A DNA stretch of 32,615 bases from a virus (IMGVR_UViG_3300044956_001053:1-32615); one strand, 5' to 3'. Shown: positions 7,273-16,501, counted from the stretch's first letter. Numbers and translations are program-made. The notes: generated by a model not told the origin, from the letters alone.

Positions 7273-8028
7273 TCACCACCCGATGCGCTGCGTCCAGCCG
7301 CGTAGCGCCTGGAGCTCGTCGCGCTCGAGCGATGCGTCCGACCAGATGGCCGCGGCCTCGACGTCCACTCGCCCGTCACGCGAGCACGCGCGATCGAGGT
7401 CAGCCACGAGGTCGGCGGCCGTCGTCTCGTACGCACGCACGTGCGGCACGACGCGCGGGCCGATCGCGCTCACGAGCTCGCGGACACCGGCATCGACGCG
7501 CCGGTCCTCGCGGGCCCGCTGGTAGCACTGCCACCACAGCTCGCACTCGGGGTGCTCGCGCATCCACGCGATCAGCGTGGGCCACGGCCACGCGCCCGGC
7601 GCGCTGGGGAGGCCTAGCGTCGTCACGCCCATGTGCCGGCGCTCCTCGGGTGTCGCGAGCTCGTGCACTGCGTCGAGGAGCACTCGGAGCAGCTCGCCGC
7701 GCCTCGCGTAGGGCGCCTCGACGTCTGGGATGGGACCGACGCCGCCCGCGGCGCGCAGAACGCGCAGCAGGTCGCCAGCCACGGCGCGAGGCACGCGCGT
7801 GCGCGTGATGCCGGGGAAGGAGAAGGCGCGCACCTCGAGGCCCTCGCCGGCCGCAGCGCGGCCCCACTCGGTGGCGCGAACGGTGGGGGCGATCCAGCCG
7901 TCCACGGCCTCCGCGCAGACGACGACGCCGCGCACACCGTGGGCACGCAGGGTGCGCGCACGCGATGCCGTGAGGCCACCGCGTCCGAGGTAGACGTGGA
8001 TCCCGTGTGTCGCGGCTCCGTCGCTCAT
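7273..8028 (-). CDS. Putative endolysin, GH25-like TIM-barrel glycoside hydrolase
   Basis: Alternating beta/alpha pattern: GVRGVVV, GLEVRAFSF, PIPDVE (D-x-E), WWQCY, AIWS; no other lysin candidate in the window. Confidence 0.55.
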   Translation of the reverse strand: MSDGAATHGIHVYLGRGGLTASRARTLRAHGVRGVVVCAEAVDGWIAPTVRATEWGRAAAGEGLEVRAFSFPGITRTRVPRAVAGDLLRVLRAAGGVGPIPDVEAPYARRGELLRVLLDAVHELATPEERRHMGVTTLGLPSAPGAWPWPTLIAWMREHPECELWWQCYQRAREDRRVDAGVRELVSAIGPRVVPHVRAYETTAADLVADLDRACSRDGRVDVEAAAIWSDASLERDELQALRGWTQRIGW

Positions 8029-8198
8029 GCGTGCACCTCCCCTTGCGCTTCCATCCACCACAACAGCGCGATCGCCTGCAATTCGGACATCTCGATCTCG
8101 TCACTCTCCGTGAGAGTCGAGATCAGCAGTTCGCGCGCGGTGCGCGGCTCCTCGCGCATGCGCCGACGCACTGCCGCGATCTGGCGCCTCGAGGTCAC
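8025..8198 (-). CDS. Small hypothetical protein
   Basis: GTGA/ATGA coupling at both ends (VTSRRQIAAV...GEVHA). Confidence 0.55.
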   Translation of the reverse strand: MTSRRQIAAVRRRMREEPRTARELLISTLTESDEIEMSELQAIALLWWMEAQGEVHA

Positions 8199-9550
8199 GC
8201 CGCTTCGCTCCTGCCGCCGAGCACGCGCTGTCGGATCGCGTCGCTCTCTGCGGGACGCAGGACGTGATCGTGATCGTCGTCGCGCACCCAGATCGGCGTC
8301 GACATGCACACGCCACGACGGCGGTCGATGAGGCACGCGGCCTGCCGCGCGGGCTCATGCTGAGCCTTGATCCAGTCGCTGAAAGGGGCATGGCCGATCA
8401 AGCTGCCGTTCACGAGTGCGCGCTGCGCCGAGAGGTACTGATGCCAATGGCCCATCACGGTGAGGTGCGCACGACGTGTCGTGTCCCAGCCGGCGATCGC
8501 CTTGTTGATCGGAATGCTGATGCCCCCGACACCGCCCGAGTACTTCACCGCATCGCCGTGCGTGAATCGCACCGTCCAGTCGTAGACGTCGAGGTACAGC
8601 AGCGGCCCACGCGCGACGTGGAAGACGACGCGCGGCTCGTCGGCGAAGTCTGATGCGAGCGCGTGGTAGAGGTGCTGCTCGTAGCTGTTCTCTGCGCCGC
8701 TCGAGACGCGCGGCTTGACCGTCGTGCGGCCGTGATTTCCGTAGCTGCACGGGACGACGATGCGCTCGAGCGAGGTCTCCGCGAGCAGCATGCGAATCCC
8801 GCTCGCAATGAGCTCGTGCGCGAAGCGAGTAGCTGGCAGCGGCGCAAGCTGGTTCGTCTCGACGAGCTCGTCATGGATGTAGCCGCCGATGAGATCGCCG
8901 CCGAGCCACAGGACGAGATCGCGCACTGCGAAATGCCCGTGATGGTGATCGAGGAGCCACACGACCGCGTTGAAGAAGCGCTGTGCGGAGCGCTCTGCGA
9001 TCGCGAGATCGTAGGCGTTCACTCCGCCGATCTTCGCGGGGTCGACGTACTCTTCAACGTGCCAATCACTCGCACACACGAGAAGCGCGGCCTCGCGCAC
9101 GCCATACAGGCGCTCTCGAGGCTGCACGCTCGGGGGCGGCGCATTCGCGGCGATCGAGCGAGACGTCTCGAGGTCCGCGCGTAGCCGCGCGATCTCCCGC
9201 ATGAGCTCGCGCTCGCGCTCGCCGGCCTCGCGCAGACGGTCGCGTTCGATCATCGCGCCGATCGGATCTGGCGGCGGCGATGCCGGAATGGGCGCAGAAA
9301 CGGCAACGGTGTGCCCGGTCCACGGCGACGCAGCAGGCGATCCGGCGAGGATGTGTGCGCGCTCGCGCGCATCTACGAATCCGCCGATGTCGACGTCGCT
9401 GCGAACGAACATCGGCACGTGGTGACCTTGCTCCTGCATGTCTCGGCGCGACACCTCGCGCGGAGGTCTACCGAGAATGCGCGCGACAGTGAGGATCGCA
9501 TGCGCCATCCACTCGACGCGCTGCGGAGTGCCTGGAGAGGGCTTCTTCAT
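8195..9550 (-). CDS. Calcineurin-like metallophosphoesterase
   Basis: All five motifs present: SDWH, GGD, GNHGR, THGD, GHWH; N-terminal extension with coiled coil. Confidence 0.88.
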   Translation of the reverse strand: MKKPSPGTPQRVEWMAHAILTVARILGRPPREVSRRDMQEQGHHVPMFVRSDVDIGGFVDARERAHILAGSPAASPWTGHTVAVSAPIPASPPPDPIGAMIERDRLREAGERERELMREIARLRADLETSRSIAANAPPPSVQPRERLYGVREAALLVCASDWHVEEYVDPAKIGGVNAYDLAIAERSAQRFFNAVVWLLDHHHGHFAVRDLVLWLGGDLIGGYIHDELVETNQLAPLPATRFAHELIASGIRMLLAETSLERIVVPCSYGNHGRTTVKPRVSSGAENSYEQHLYHALASDFADEPRVVFHVARGPLLYLDVYDWTVRFTHGDAVKYSGGVGGISIPINKAIAGWDTTRRAHLTVMGHWHQYLSAQRALVNGSLIGHAPFSDWIKAQHEPARQAACLIDRRRGVCMSTPIWVRDDDHDHVLRPAESDAIRQRVLGGRSEAA

Positions 9551-9891
9551 GCGTGCTCCTCCTCGATTGCGCGCTCCAGATCACGACGCGCACGCTGGAA
9601 CTCGGGCCCGTGATCCGACACGTCGCGTCCGTGCCGGTCGTAGGCGATGAGGTGCGCGAGCTCATGGCGAATGGTGTCTTCGCGTTCATCGGGCGTGCTC
9701 ATCTCGAAGACGTACTCGTCGATGAACATCCACGGCACATCCGCATCAACACACGCGTGCGTGTGCCACGCATCCCCCTCGGGGAGACGTCGACACCAGA
9801 TCACATGGAGCCTTCTCGTGATATGCGGCGCGACGAGCCCGAGCGTCCGAGACGCGTACTTCTCGACGCGAGCACGCTCACGCGCTCGCAC
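9547..9891 (-). CDS. SprT-like zinc metalloprotease
   Basis: DTIRHELAH...DHGPEFQR; GTG 9891 preceded by GAGGAGG. Confidence 0.75.
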   Translation of the reverse strand: MRARERARVEKYASRTLGLVAPHITRRLHVIWCRRLPEGDAWHTHACVDADVPWMFIDEYVFEMSTPDEREDTIRHELAHLIAYDRHGRDVSDHGPEFQRARRDLERAIEEEHA

Positions 9892-10174
9892 GAGCAGCCT
9901 CCTCCTCATCGAGCAGAAAGAGGACGCAGCATGCGGCGTGCGCGAGGTGGTGTTCACCCGTCTCCGGGTCGACGGCTTCTCCGCGCTGCCACGCCCACAT
10001 GTGGCGCATGGCGGCGGCGAAGTAGCGCCAGCGTCGACCCTCGACGAAGCGCCAGTTGTCCGGCGCATACTTGCGCGCGCCGATCTCGAGAACGCGGGCG
10101 ATCGCGTCGAGCGCATGCGGCGGCACGAGGTCGTATCGAGCCTTGCCGCGGTCGTCCTTCCGCCCGTCTGTCAT
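9878..10174 (-). CDS. DUF5664 / dATP-dGTP diphosphohydrolase N-terminal domain protein
   Basis: GRKDDRGKARYDLVP...GARKYAPDNW...AAMRH...DPETGEHHLAHAACCVLFL. Confidence 0.88.
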   Translation of the reverse strand: MTDGRKDDRGKARYDLVPPHALDAIARVLEIGARKYAPDNWRFVEGRRWRYFAAAMRHMWAWQRGEAVDPETGEHHLAHAACCVLFLLDEEEAARASA

Positions 10175-10284
10175 CGCCGAAGTCCTCCCGCGAGCGCGAG
10201 GTAGACGAGGTCGAGACCGAGCGCGAAGCACGCCCCGAGCGCGCCCGGCGCGAGGGAGCCGAGCGCGACGAGCACGATGGTCAC
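10171..10284 (-). CDS. 37-aa hydrophobic membrane peptide
   Basis: GTGA/ATGA coupled on both sides; VTIVLVALGSLAPGALGACFALGLDLVYLALAGGLRR. Confidence 0.5.
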   Translation of the reverse strand: MTIVLVALGSLAPGALGACFALGLDLVYLALAGGLRR

Positions 10285-10469
10285 GGCCGCGCCCGCTCCG
10301 AGCGCACGAAGACGCCGACAAGGCGCACGGTGCCGTCCTCGTCTTCGACCTCGCGAGCCTCGTACACGTAGACACGCGCACCGCGCGCGATGCGCACCTC
10401 GCTGCCGACGTTCGCCACCTCGGCGGTCTCGCCACCGAATTCTCCGCCCGTGAGCGTGATCGTATTCAT
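10281..10469 (-). CDS. Small hypothetical protein
   Basis: ATGA-coupled to the upstream gene; ITLTGGEFGG motif, beta-rich. Confidence 0.65.
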   Translation of the reverse strand: MNTITLTGGEFGGETAEVANVGSEVRIARGARVYVYEAREVEDEDGTVRLVGVFVRSERARP

Positions 10470-11908
10470 TCGAACCACCCTTCCACCGTGATGACTCCAC
10501 GGATGATCGAAGACGGTGTCGCGGTCCCGACCGGCATCTTGAGCCCGATGTGGAGGATCTGGCCCGACTCCACCACGAGGGGCGTGTCAGCGCTCCAGTC
10601 GATGGGACTCGCCGCTGCACCGATCGCGGCGCCGACCGGCAACGACTGCACACCGAGCGTCTTGCGGAAGCTGTTGCTCGCGAGCGTCGCCGCGGTCGCA
10701 CGGCCGATGAACCACTGCAGGAGCGTCGGCGTGGTCGCGACCGCAGCGCCCATCACGAACGTCTCGATGCGCACGCCCGAGACGTGGAGCGTCTGCCCCG
10801 TGGGCACCGTGAACGCGAAGAGGGCGTAGTCCGTCTCGCCACCGGCCACCGCGGTGAACTGCCACTGGCCACCGAGCGTCGTGTAGCCCGCTGCCGTGTT
10901 GGAGAGCGTCGCCGACGCGGGCGCCGCGCTGTTCGCGTAGTTGGCGTGCTGCGCCCCGGTGCTCGCGTGAAGCAGCGTGTTGCGGCCCGCGCGAGCCATC
11001 GCCTGCGGCAGTGTCCGGCCCTCGTCGATGTCGTGCTGCATGACCGCGACCTCGCTGTAGAGGAGGCGGTTCGCGGTCGCAGGGACGGTCACGTTGAGGA
11101 TGCGCAGCAGCACAGGAAGCGCACGCTGCGATGTGTGCCGGATCTGCGCGAGCGAGTAGCTCAGCGTCGTGTCGAGGATCGGCGCAGTGGCAGTCGTCCC
11201 GTTCGACTCCCACAAGATCACCCGGACGGAGTCGTCCATCCAGTAGAGGTCGAGGTCGTACCAGAACGTCGGGCGGACGTTGCCAGGTGCGGTACCCATG
11301 GAGACGCCGGTCGACAACGTCACCGTGTCTGCGCTGCTCGTCGCGTAAACGAGCTCGATGGCGCCGCTCGTGGTCACGCGCAGGCACACGCCGTCGACGA
11401 GTTGCTCGGTGGTCGCAGACGCGGTGCCGAAGCCGATCTGGATCGTGGTGCCCGACGCCGTCCAGTCGAAGCGCACGCGCGCGCTGAGGCGCAGTGCTCC
11501 TTCGCGCGGCTTGATGAAGCGCGCGAGCGACGTGTGCGCGGCGACAACGGTCGCCGCGACGCTGTTGCCGGCGTTCAGCGTCACGACGCCGGGCGCTGCC
11601 TGCGTCACGGTCATCGTCGTGAGCGTCTGCGCCCACTGCTGAGTGTTCACCGCAGTGCCATCGACAGGGTCGTGGAAGAGCAGGCCGTTGGCGCGCAAGA
11701 GCGAGAGCCCGCCGAGATGACCAGCACGCAGCGCGCGGAAGACCTTCTTCTGGAAGCCGCCGATCGGCAGGCCGCTCTGCGTCGTGACGAGCGCGCCTGC
11801 CGCGGTGATCGCGGGGTCGCCTGCCGTGTCGGTGAGTAGCGCGTGAAGCGACCCGCTTGTGCCCTTGATCTCGATGTTGTCGTCTGTCGGAAGGATGCCG
11901 ATTCCCAT
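10466..11908 (-). CDS. Beta-rich virion structural / putative receptor-binding protein
   Basis: GAGGAG RBS; 480 aa, Thr/Ala/Gly-rich beta-sandwich-like sequence; follows the collagen gene. Confidence 0.6.
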   Translation of the reverse strand: MGIGILPTDDNIEIKGTSGSLHALLTDTAGDPAITAAGALVTTQSGLPIGGFQKKVFRALRAGHLGGLSLLRANGLLFHDPVDGTAVNTQQWAQTLTTMTVTQAAPGVVTLNAGNSVAATVVAAHTSLARFIKPREGALRLSARVRFDWTASGTTIQIGFGTASATTEQLVDGVCLRVTTSGAIELVYATSSADTVTLSTGVSMGTAPGNVRPTFWYDLDLYWMDDSVRVILWESNGTTATAPILDTTLSYSLAQIRHTSQRALPVLLRILNVTVPATANRLLYSEVAVMQHDIDEGRTLPQAMARAGRNTLLHASTGAQHANYANSAAPASATLSNTAAGYTTLGGQWQFTAVAGGETDYALFAFTVPTGQTLHVSGVRIETFVMGAAVATTPTLLQWFIGRATAATLASNSFRKTLGVQSLPVGAAIGAAASPIDWSADTPLVVESGQILHIGLKMPVGTATPSSIIRGVITVEGWFE

Positions 11909-11918
11909 GCTGTGCTCC

Positions 11919-12767
11919 TCAGGTGATCTGGATCCAATCGATTGCGTACTGACCGGCCGCGCGGCCTCGCGTGCACACCGCGCGCAGGCTGAAGCCGACA
12001 CCGGCGGTCACAGGCCCGACGCGGACGCTCAGCGCCTCAAGCAGCGCCTCGTCTGCGCTGTGGTCCACAGTCGCGACGGCCGCGACCTGCGCGATCACGC
12101 GCGAGCTCCCCGTGACGGTCGGGCTCGAGACCGCCACGGACGCATCCGTCCCGCCCGCACCGAAGTCGACGAGCGCGCGTCCGCGCGTCGGAGGATTCGC
12201 CCACGCGGCGTCGTAGTCGGCGCCGCTTGCCTTCGTGAGCACCTGGCCCGCGCTTCCGCCGGCAGCCACGCCCGGACCCGCGGGGCCGGTCGCACCTGTG
12301 GCACCCGTGGCACCAGCGGGCCCTTGGCTGCCCTGCGGGCCTTGTGGCCCCTGCGCACCGGTTGCGCCAGTGGCACCGGAATCGCCTTGTGGCCCCTGCG
12401 CGCCCGCCGGACCCGTCGCACCCTGCGAGCCCGTCGCACCGGTAGGACCGGTCGCGCCCGCCGGTCCCTGCGGTCCTGTCGCGCCCGTCGCTCCGACGAG
12501 CGAAGCGAGCCACGCTGCCTCGTCACCAATGAACCCCTCGGCGACCGCGACCTCGTACGCGCTCGCGCCGGCCGATCCTGTGGGCCCGGCGGACCCGGTC
12601 GGTCCGGCCGGACCCGTTGCCCCGGCTGGTCCGGTCGCACCTGCGGGGCCCGGCGGGCCCGCGGGTCCTGTTGCGCCCTGCGGGCCCGTGCCACCCAGCG
12701 CGAGCGTCAGCGTATCGGAGGCGAGCGACACCCCGATCGTGCGCGACGTGGTGAGCGTGATCTTCAT
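11919..12767 (-). CDS. Collagen-like fibre protein
   Basis: Two long Gly-X-Y tracts separated by [26 protein letters not shown]; followed by [20 protein letters not shown]. Confidence 0.88.
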   Translation of the reverse strand: MKITLTTSRTIGVSLASDTLTLALGGTGPQGATGPAGPPGPAGATGPAGATGPAGPTGSAGPTGSAGASAYEVAVAEGFIGDEAAWLASLVGATGATGPQGPAGATGPTGATGSQGATGPAGAQGPQGDSGATGATGAQGPQGPQGSQGPAGATGATGATGPAGPGVAAGGSAGQVLTKASGADYDAAWANPPTRGRALVDFGAGGTDASVAVSSPTVTGSSRVIAQVAAVATVDHSADEALLEALSVRVGPVTAGVGFSLRAVCTRGRAAGQYAIDWIQIT

Positions 12768-13096
12768 TCCGTGATCCTCTCGACCACGTCGATCAGCCAG
12801 GTATCGGTGTAGTCCACTCGCGACGGCGACTCGATCCGCACGTCCATGCGGAGCGCTCTGCCAGCGGTCCACGTCTCGGTCGACGCAGCCGGCACGGTGA
12901 TCGTGAACCGCCCTGGGTCCGTGACCTGGTCGAGCATCGTGACGGTGGCCGCGGACGCGAGCGTCAGCGACGCATCACGCAACTCGCACGTCACCGTGTA
13001 GCCGGTGAGATCGATGGGCACGTCGGAGCTGTCGGCGACGAGCCCGGCGTAGCTCAGCGTGGCCCCGCGCTTGTGCCGGATCGTGATCGTGGGCAT
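12764..13096 (-). CDS. BppU-N-like Ig-fold adaptor protein
   Basis: KRGAT...[14 protein letters not shown]...GRFTITV...MDVRIE pattern; precedes the collagen gene. Confidence 0.6.
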   Translation of the reverse strand: MPTITIRHKRGATLSYAGLVADSSDVPIDLTGYTVTCELRDASLTLASAATVTMLDQVTDPGRFTITVPAASTETWTAGRALRMDVRIESPSRVDYTDTWLIDVVERITE

Positions 13097-13515
13097 CACG
13101 TCCCCTTCGACGGCAGCGCGTCGAGCGAGTGCGGAACGACGCTCACGAGCTCGCCGCGGAGGCTCGCGTCGACGAGGCGCGTCACGGCCGCGAGGTCCGC
13201 GGTCTCGGAACCCTCGGCGTGCTGCATCGCGCGAGCGAGCGCGAGGCGCGCCGTGTCGCCGAGGCCGTACCGCCCGCGCACCGTCTCGGCGCGCGCCTGT
13301 CGGTGCGCTCGCACGCGGCTCGTGTGCTCTGCGATCGCGGCCTCGATCGTGGCGGTCGTTGACGGCACCGTGTCCAGCGCATCGCGGTCGCGCGCAAGCG
13401 CGTCGAGCACGGCCTCTCGGCCATCGTCGGTGAGTGCCTCGAGGAGCGCCGGGAGCGCCTCGCCTGCCGCGCGTGCGGCTGCGACGAGGACGGTGATGAT
13501 CTCGGCGGGGATCAT
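13096..13515 (-). CDS. Hypothetical helical protein
   Basis: Coupled ORF in the late operon. Confidence 0.6.
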   Translation of the reverse strand: MIPAEIITVLVAAARAAGEALPALLEALTDDGREAVLDALARDRDALDTVPSTTATIEAAIAEHTSRVRAHRQARAETVRGRYGLGDTARLALARAMQHAEGSETADLAAVTRLVDASLRGELVSVVPHSLDALPSKGT

Positions 13516-13685
13516 GACGCGCCGCCGATCGCGGCCTCGCGCTCGAGCAACTCAATCGCCGCGTCTAGCTCAGCCGCCGTGGCACGGAGCGACCGCGCTG
13601 CGTCTTCGTCGCTGACCGTCCTGGCCTGGTCGGCACAGTCGTATCGCTCCTTCCGGAGCACCTCGAGCGTCCACGCGAACGTCAC
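13512..13685 (-). CDS. Small hypothetical protein flanked by direct repeats
   Basis: GTGA/ATGA coupled; VTFAWTLEVLRKE...AAIGGAS. Confidence 0.55.
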   Translation of the reverse strand: MTFAWTLEVLRKERYDCADQARTVSDEDAARSLRATAAELDAAIELLEREAAIGGAS

Positions 13686-14668
13686 GACGCACCGCCGATC
13701 AGCGCGCGCACGATCGCGATCGCGCCCGCGGGCAACGCGGGCAGGTCGTAGCCGGTCGCCGCGCGGATCGCGACGCGCGCGGCTTCGTACGCGTGCACGA
13801 CGAGATCGAGCGCGCTCGACAGCGCGGGACCGACGGCGCCCTCGTCGGCGTGCGCTGCGATCTCGATGGCGTCGACGTACGCGGCCACTGCCTCGTGTGC
13901 GGTGTCGCGTGCGGCGGCGGCGGTACGACAGTCGGCGCCCACGCGCTCGAGGCACGCGTCGTCCGTGCACGTGGCCAGCGCGCCCTCGCAGGCGCGCACG
14001 ATGGCAGGATGCGCGGCAACGACACCCACGCGCGCCACGGTCGCGATCGTCGAGTGCGTGCGCAGCGCGGAGGGTGAGCAGCCGGCGATGACGAGGACTG
14101 CGATGGACGCGGCCAGTGCCGGCAACGCGAAGAGTCGACACCCCTGGCGGTACCCATCCCAGAAGGACGCACGGAAGTGCGCGCGCATCGGGACATCTGG
14201 GCCGAAGAGCATGAAGAGCGTCGGGCTCGAGATCGGCGCGATCGGGCGCTCGATCACGGGGAAACACAGGGAAAACGCACGAAGAGCGCCGGGCGCCAGA
14301 CGACGAATGCGGTGCGTGCGCGTGTCGTCGTCGTCATCGTCGACAGCGGACGCGCTCGGCGGAGGAGGCGGCGCCGGTGGGCCGCGCCACGGTCGCGGGC
14401 GACCGAACGCGTCCTGGTTCCACGGCGGCTCGCGGTCAAGGCCATTGGCCTCGGGAGGCTCGGGCCGCTGTTCGCGCAGCATGGCGCGCATCAGCGCCAG
14501 CGCGACACCGCCGACCGCAGCGATTCCGGTGAGCATGTCCGCGCGCTGCTCGGGGGACGCGAGTGCCCAGACGCCGACGAGCGCCGCGAGCATGACGCAG
14601 AGCACGAGCGCCGTGGGCCACTCGATGTGAGGTGCGCGGATCTTCGGGATCGGGGGAGGTGCGGTCAT
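13682..14668 (-). CDS. Membrane protein: two N-terminal TM helices (holin-like) plus internal lipobox and helical domain (spanin-like)
   Basis: Hydrophobic aa ~19-37 and ~45-63; Pro/Asp linker; LFALPALAASIAVLVIAG-C197. Confidence 0.55.
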   Translation of the reverse strand: MTAPPPIPKIRAPHIEWPTALVLCVMLAALVGVWALASPEQRADMLTGIAAVGGVALALMRAMLREQRPEPPEANGLDREPPWNQDAFGRPRPWRGPPAPPPPPSASAVDDDDDDTRTHRIRRLAPGALRAFSLCFPVIERPIAPISSPTLFMLFGPDVPMRAHFRASFWDGYRQGCRLFALPALAASIAVLVIAGCSPSALRTHSTIATVARVGVVAAHPAIVRACEGALATCTDDACLERVGADCRTAAAARDTAHEAVAAYVDAIEIAAHADEGAVGPALSSALDLVVHAYEAARVAIRAATGYDLPALPAGAIAIVRALIGGAS

Positions 14669-15081
14669 GACGTCTCTCCGGTGTCGTGGTGGTCGTGGTG
14701 CCCGCGCTCGGCGAGCAGCTCCTGCGTGAGGGACGCGTGGCGTCCGGTGTTCTCCCGGCGGCTCGCTCCGATTCGGACGTTGCCTGGGATGACGCGTCCC
14801 GAGTCGATCGCGTCGCGGAGCTCCTCGTTCTCGTCGATGAGCGCGCGCTCGCGTCCTTCGGAGAGGCGCAGGCTCGCCTCGAGCTCGGCGATGCGCGCCT
14901 CGAGGCGCACGATGCGGTCGTCTTGGAGCTGGACGCGCCCGAGCAGCGACTGCACGAGCTGCGCGCTCGCGTCGGCGCGGCGACGCATCACGTAGGCAAC
15001 GCTGTTCACGAGCGCGGCGAGCGCGAGAGCGATCGTGCCGGCGCTCTCGGCAGAGAGGCCGAGGTGCGAAAGGTCAGGCAT
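14665..15081 (-). CDS. Single-TM coiled-coil protein (lysis-cassette type)
   Basis: TIALALAALVNSVAYVM followed by RRR and heptad repeats; located just after the tail fibre. Confidence 0.6.
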   Translation of the reverse strand: MPDLSHLGLSAESAGTIALALAALVNSVAYVMRRRADASAQLVQSLLGRVQLQDDRIVRLEARIAELEASLRLSEGRERALIDENEELRDAIDSGRVIPGNVRIGASRRENTGRHASLTQELLAERGHHDHHDTGETS

Positions 15082-15739
15082 TACGCGGCCCCCCGTCGGT
15101 GAAGCTGATGCGAGCCGCCAGCAGCTGATCGTTGAGGCCCAGTGATCCCGTTGGCCCCGTGATCACAAGGTGGGCCGTGTACTCGTTCACCCGAATGAAC
15201 GGCGTGAGCGACCCGACCGTGATCACAGAGTACCCAGACGAGCCGCCGCCCTCGGTTGTGCTGCCCTGCTGGGTCGCAACCGGCGCGCCCGGTGAGCTCC
15301 ACGGCTGGCTCTCTTCGTAGACACGAACCGTCCATCGGTTCGAACCGGTGCGCACCGCAGCGCTCTGCACGAGAACCTCGACCGCGGAGATGGTGCATCC
15401 GCTCGGCAGATCGATCGGCACGAAGACCTCGGCCGCGTCCACGAGCGGCTGCAGTGTGAGCGCGCCTCCCACGCGGCTCGGAAACCACCGCCCGATGTAG
15501 GTGGTCGGCGCGATGCATGGAAGCATCGATGCCGGCGTGATCGTGAGCTTGCGCGTCTTCGTTGCCGCGTAGATGAACTCGTCGCCACCCGCATTCAAGC
15601 GCGCTCGCAGATACGCGGTGCGGTCGCCGAGTTCACTCATTGGCGTTGAGAAACTCGCGCGGTTCTGCGCGTCTGTGCCGGCAGGCAGCGCGATGTTCAC
15701 AGGGTAGCTCGCCGGGTCTCCGGGCGTCGGGATAGGCAT
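15074..15739 (-). CDS. Short tail fibre protein
   Basis: GAGGAG RBS; ELGDRTAYLRARL motif typical of myovirus fibre N-termini; follows the gpI-like gene. Confidence 0.65.
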   Translation of the reverse strand: MPIPTPGDPASYPVNIALPAGTDAQNRASFSTPMSELGDRTAYLRARLNAGGDEFIYAATKTRKLTITPASMLPCIAPTTYIGRWFPSRVGGALTLQPLVDAAEVFVPIDLPSGCTISAVEVLVQSAAVRTGSNRWTVRVYEESQPWSSPGAPVATQQGSTTEGGGSSGYSVITVGSLTPFIRVNEYTAHLVITGPTGSLGLNDQLLAARISFTDGGPRNA

Positions 15740-15741
15740 GC

Positions 15742-16500
15742 TCAGGTCTCCTCGTGCGTGATGGTGATCGGCGCCTCTGCGTCCCAGGCATCCCAGGTCA
15801 GCCCGGTCTCCCAGTCGTCCCAGTCGCCGCTCGGAGGCGGGTAGTCCCACAGACGTCCATAGCCCCACAGGATGACGACGTGCTCTCGAAGCACGTGAGC
15901 CGCAGTCCAGTCCACGGGCACCGCGAGATAGGTAGCGTCGTCGATGGGCCGCGGATCGGAGGGCACGTGCAGGAACAGCCAGAACTGGGCCCAAGTCGTG
16001 GTCCCGTCGGCACCCCAGGCGATCAGGTCGCGAGTGACGGTCTCGCTGCCGACCGACGTCGAGTGGCGGACACCGCGGTGCGAGACAACCTCGATGTCCG
16101 TCACACCGGTACCGGTCCAGAACGCGCGTGCCTGCGCGATGAGGGCGTACGCGCCAGCTCGCCCTCGATGGTCGTCCCACCACCGGATGACACGCGACGA
16201 AAAGACATGCGCGAGCTCGGCCGGACCGCGTCGTATGCCACGCTCCTGTCCGATGAGGGCTAGAGCTTCGCTTTGGTCCCACCGCGGGAAGCGCGCGCGC
16301 ACACCGAGGGACATACGTCTTGCGAGAGTGTCGATGGGAGTCGCGATGCCGGCGAGGATCTTCTTCGACCACGTGCGCTGGAGCCACGGTGGCCCGATGC
16401 GCCACACGAGCTCCGCGAACCCGCCCTCAATCGGCGCGCTCTCTTCCGCATCGCCGAAGGGGTGCGGAAATCCGTGCGGGAATGAAGGGGTGTAGGTCAT
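15742..16500 (-). CDS. Baseplate wedge / tail protein (P2 gpI, Mu gp48-like)
   Basis: ALALIGQERGIRRGPAE...RVIRWWDDHRGRAG motif; synteny. Confidence 0.65.
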   Translation of the reverse strand: MTYTPSFPHGFPHPFGDAEESAPIEGGFAELVWRIGPPWLQRTWSKKILAGIATPIDTLARRMSLGVRARFPRWDQSEALALIGQERGIRRGPAELAHVFSSRVIRWWDDHRGRAGAYALIAQARAFWTGTGVTDIEVVSHRGVRHSTSVGSETVTRDLIAWGADGTTTWAQFWLFLHVPSDPRPIDDATYLAVPVDWTAAHVLREHVVILWGYGRLWDYPPPSGDWDDWETGLTWDAWDAEAPITITHEET

Positions 16501-16501
16501 G

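Noticed and set aside
9878-10174. Z-genome (2-aminoadenine) pathway
   Set aside because: DUF5664 alone is insufficient; no purZ, datZ or polymerase in the window
12260-12690. CRISPR array or DNA tandem repeat
   Set aside because: The 9-nt periodicity is explained by collagen Gly-X-Y coding; no repeat-spacer structure and no cas genes
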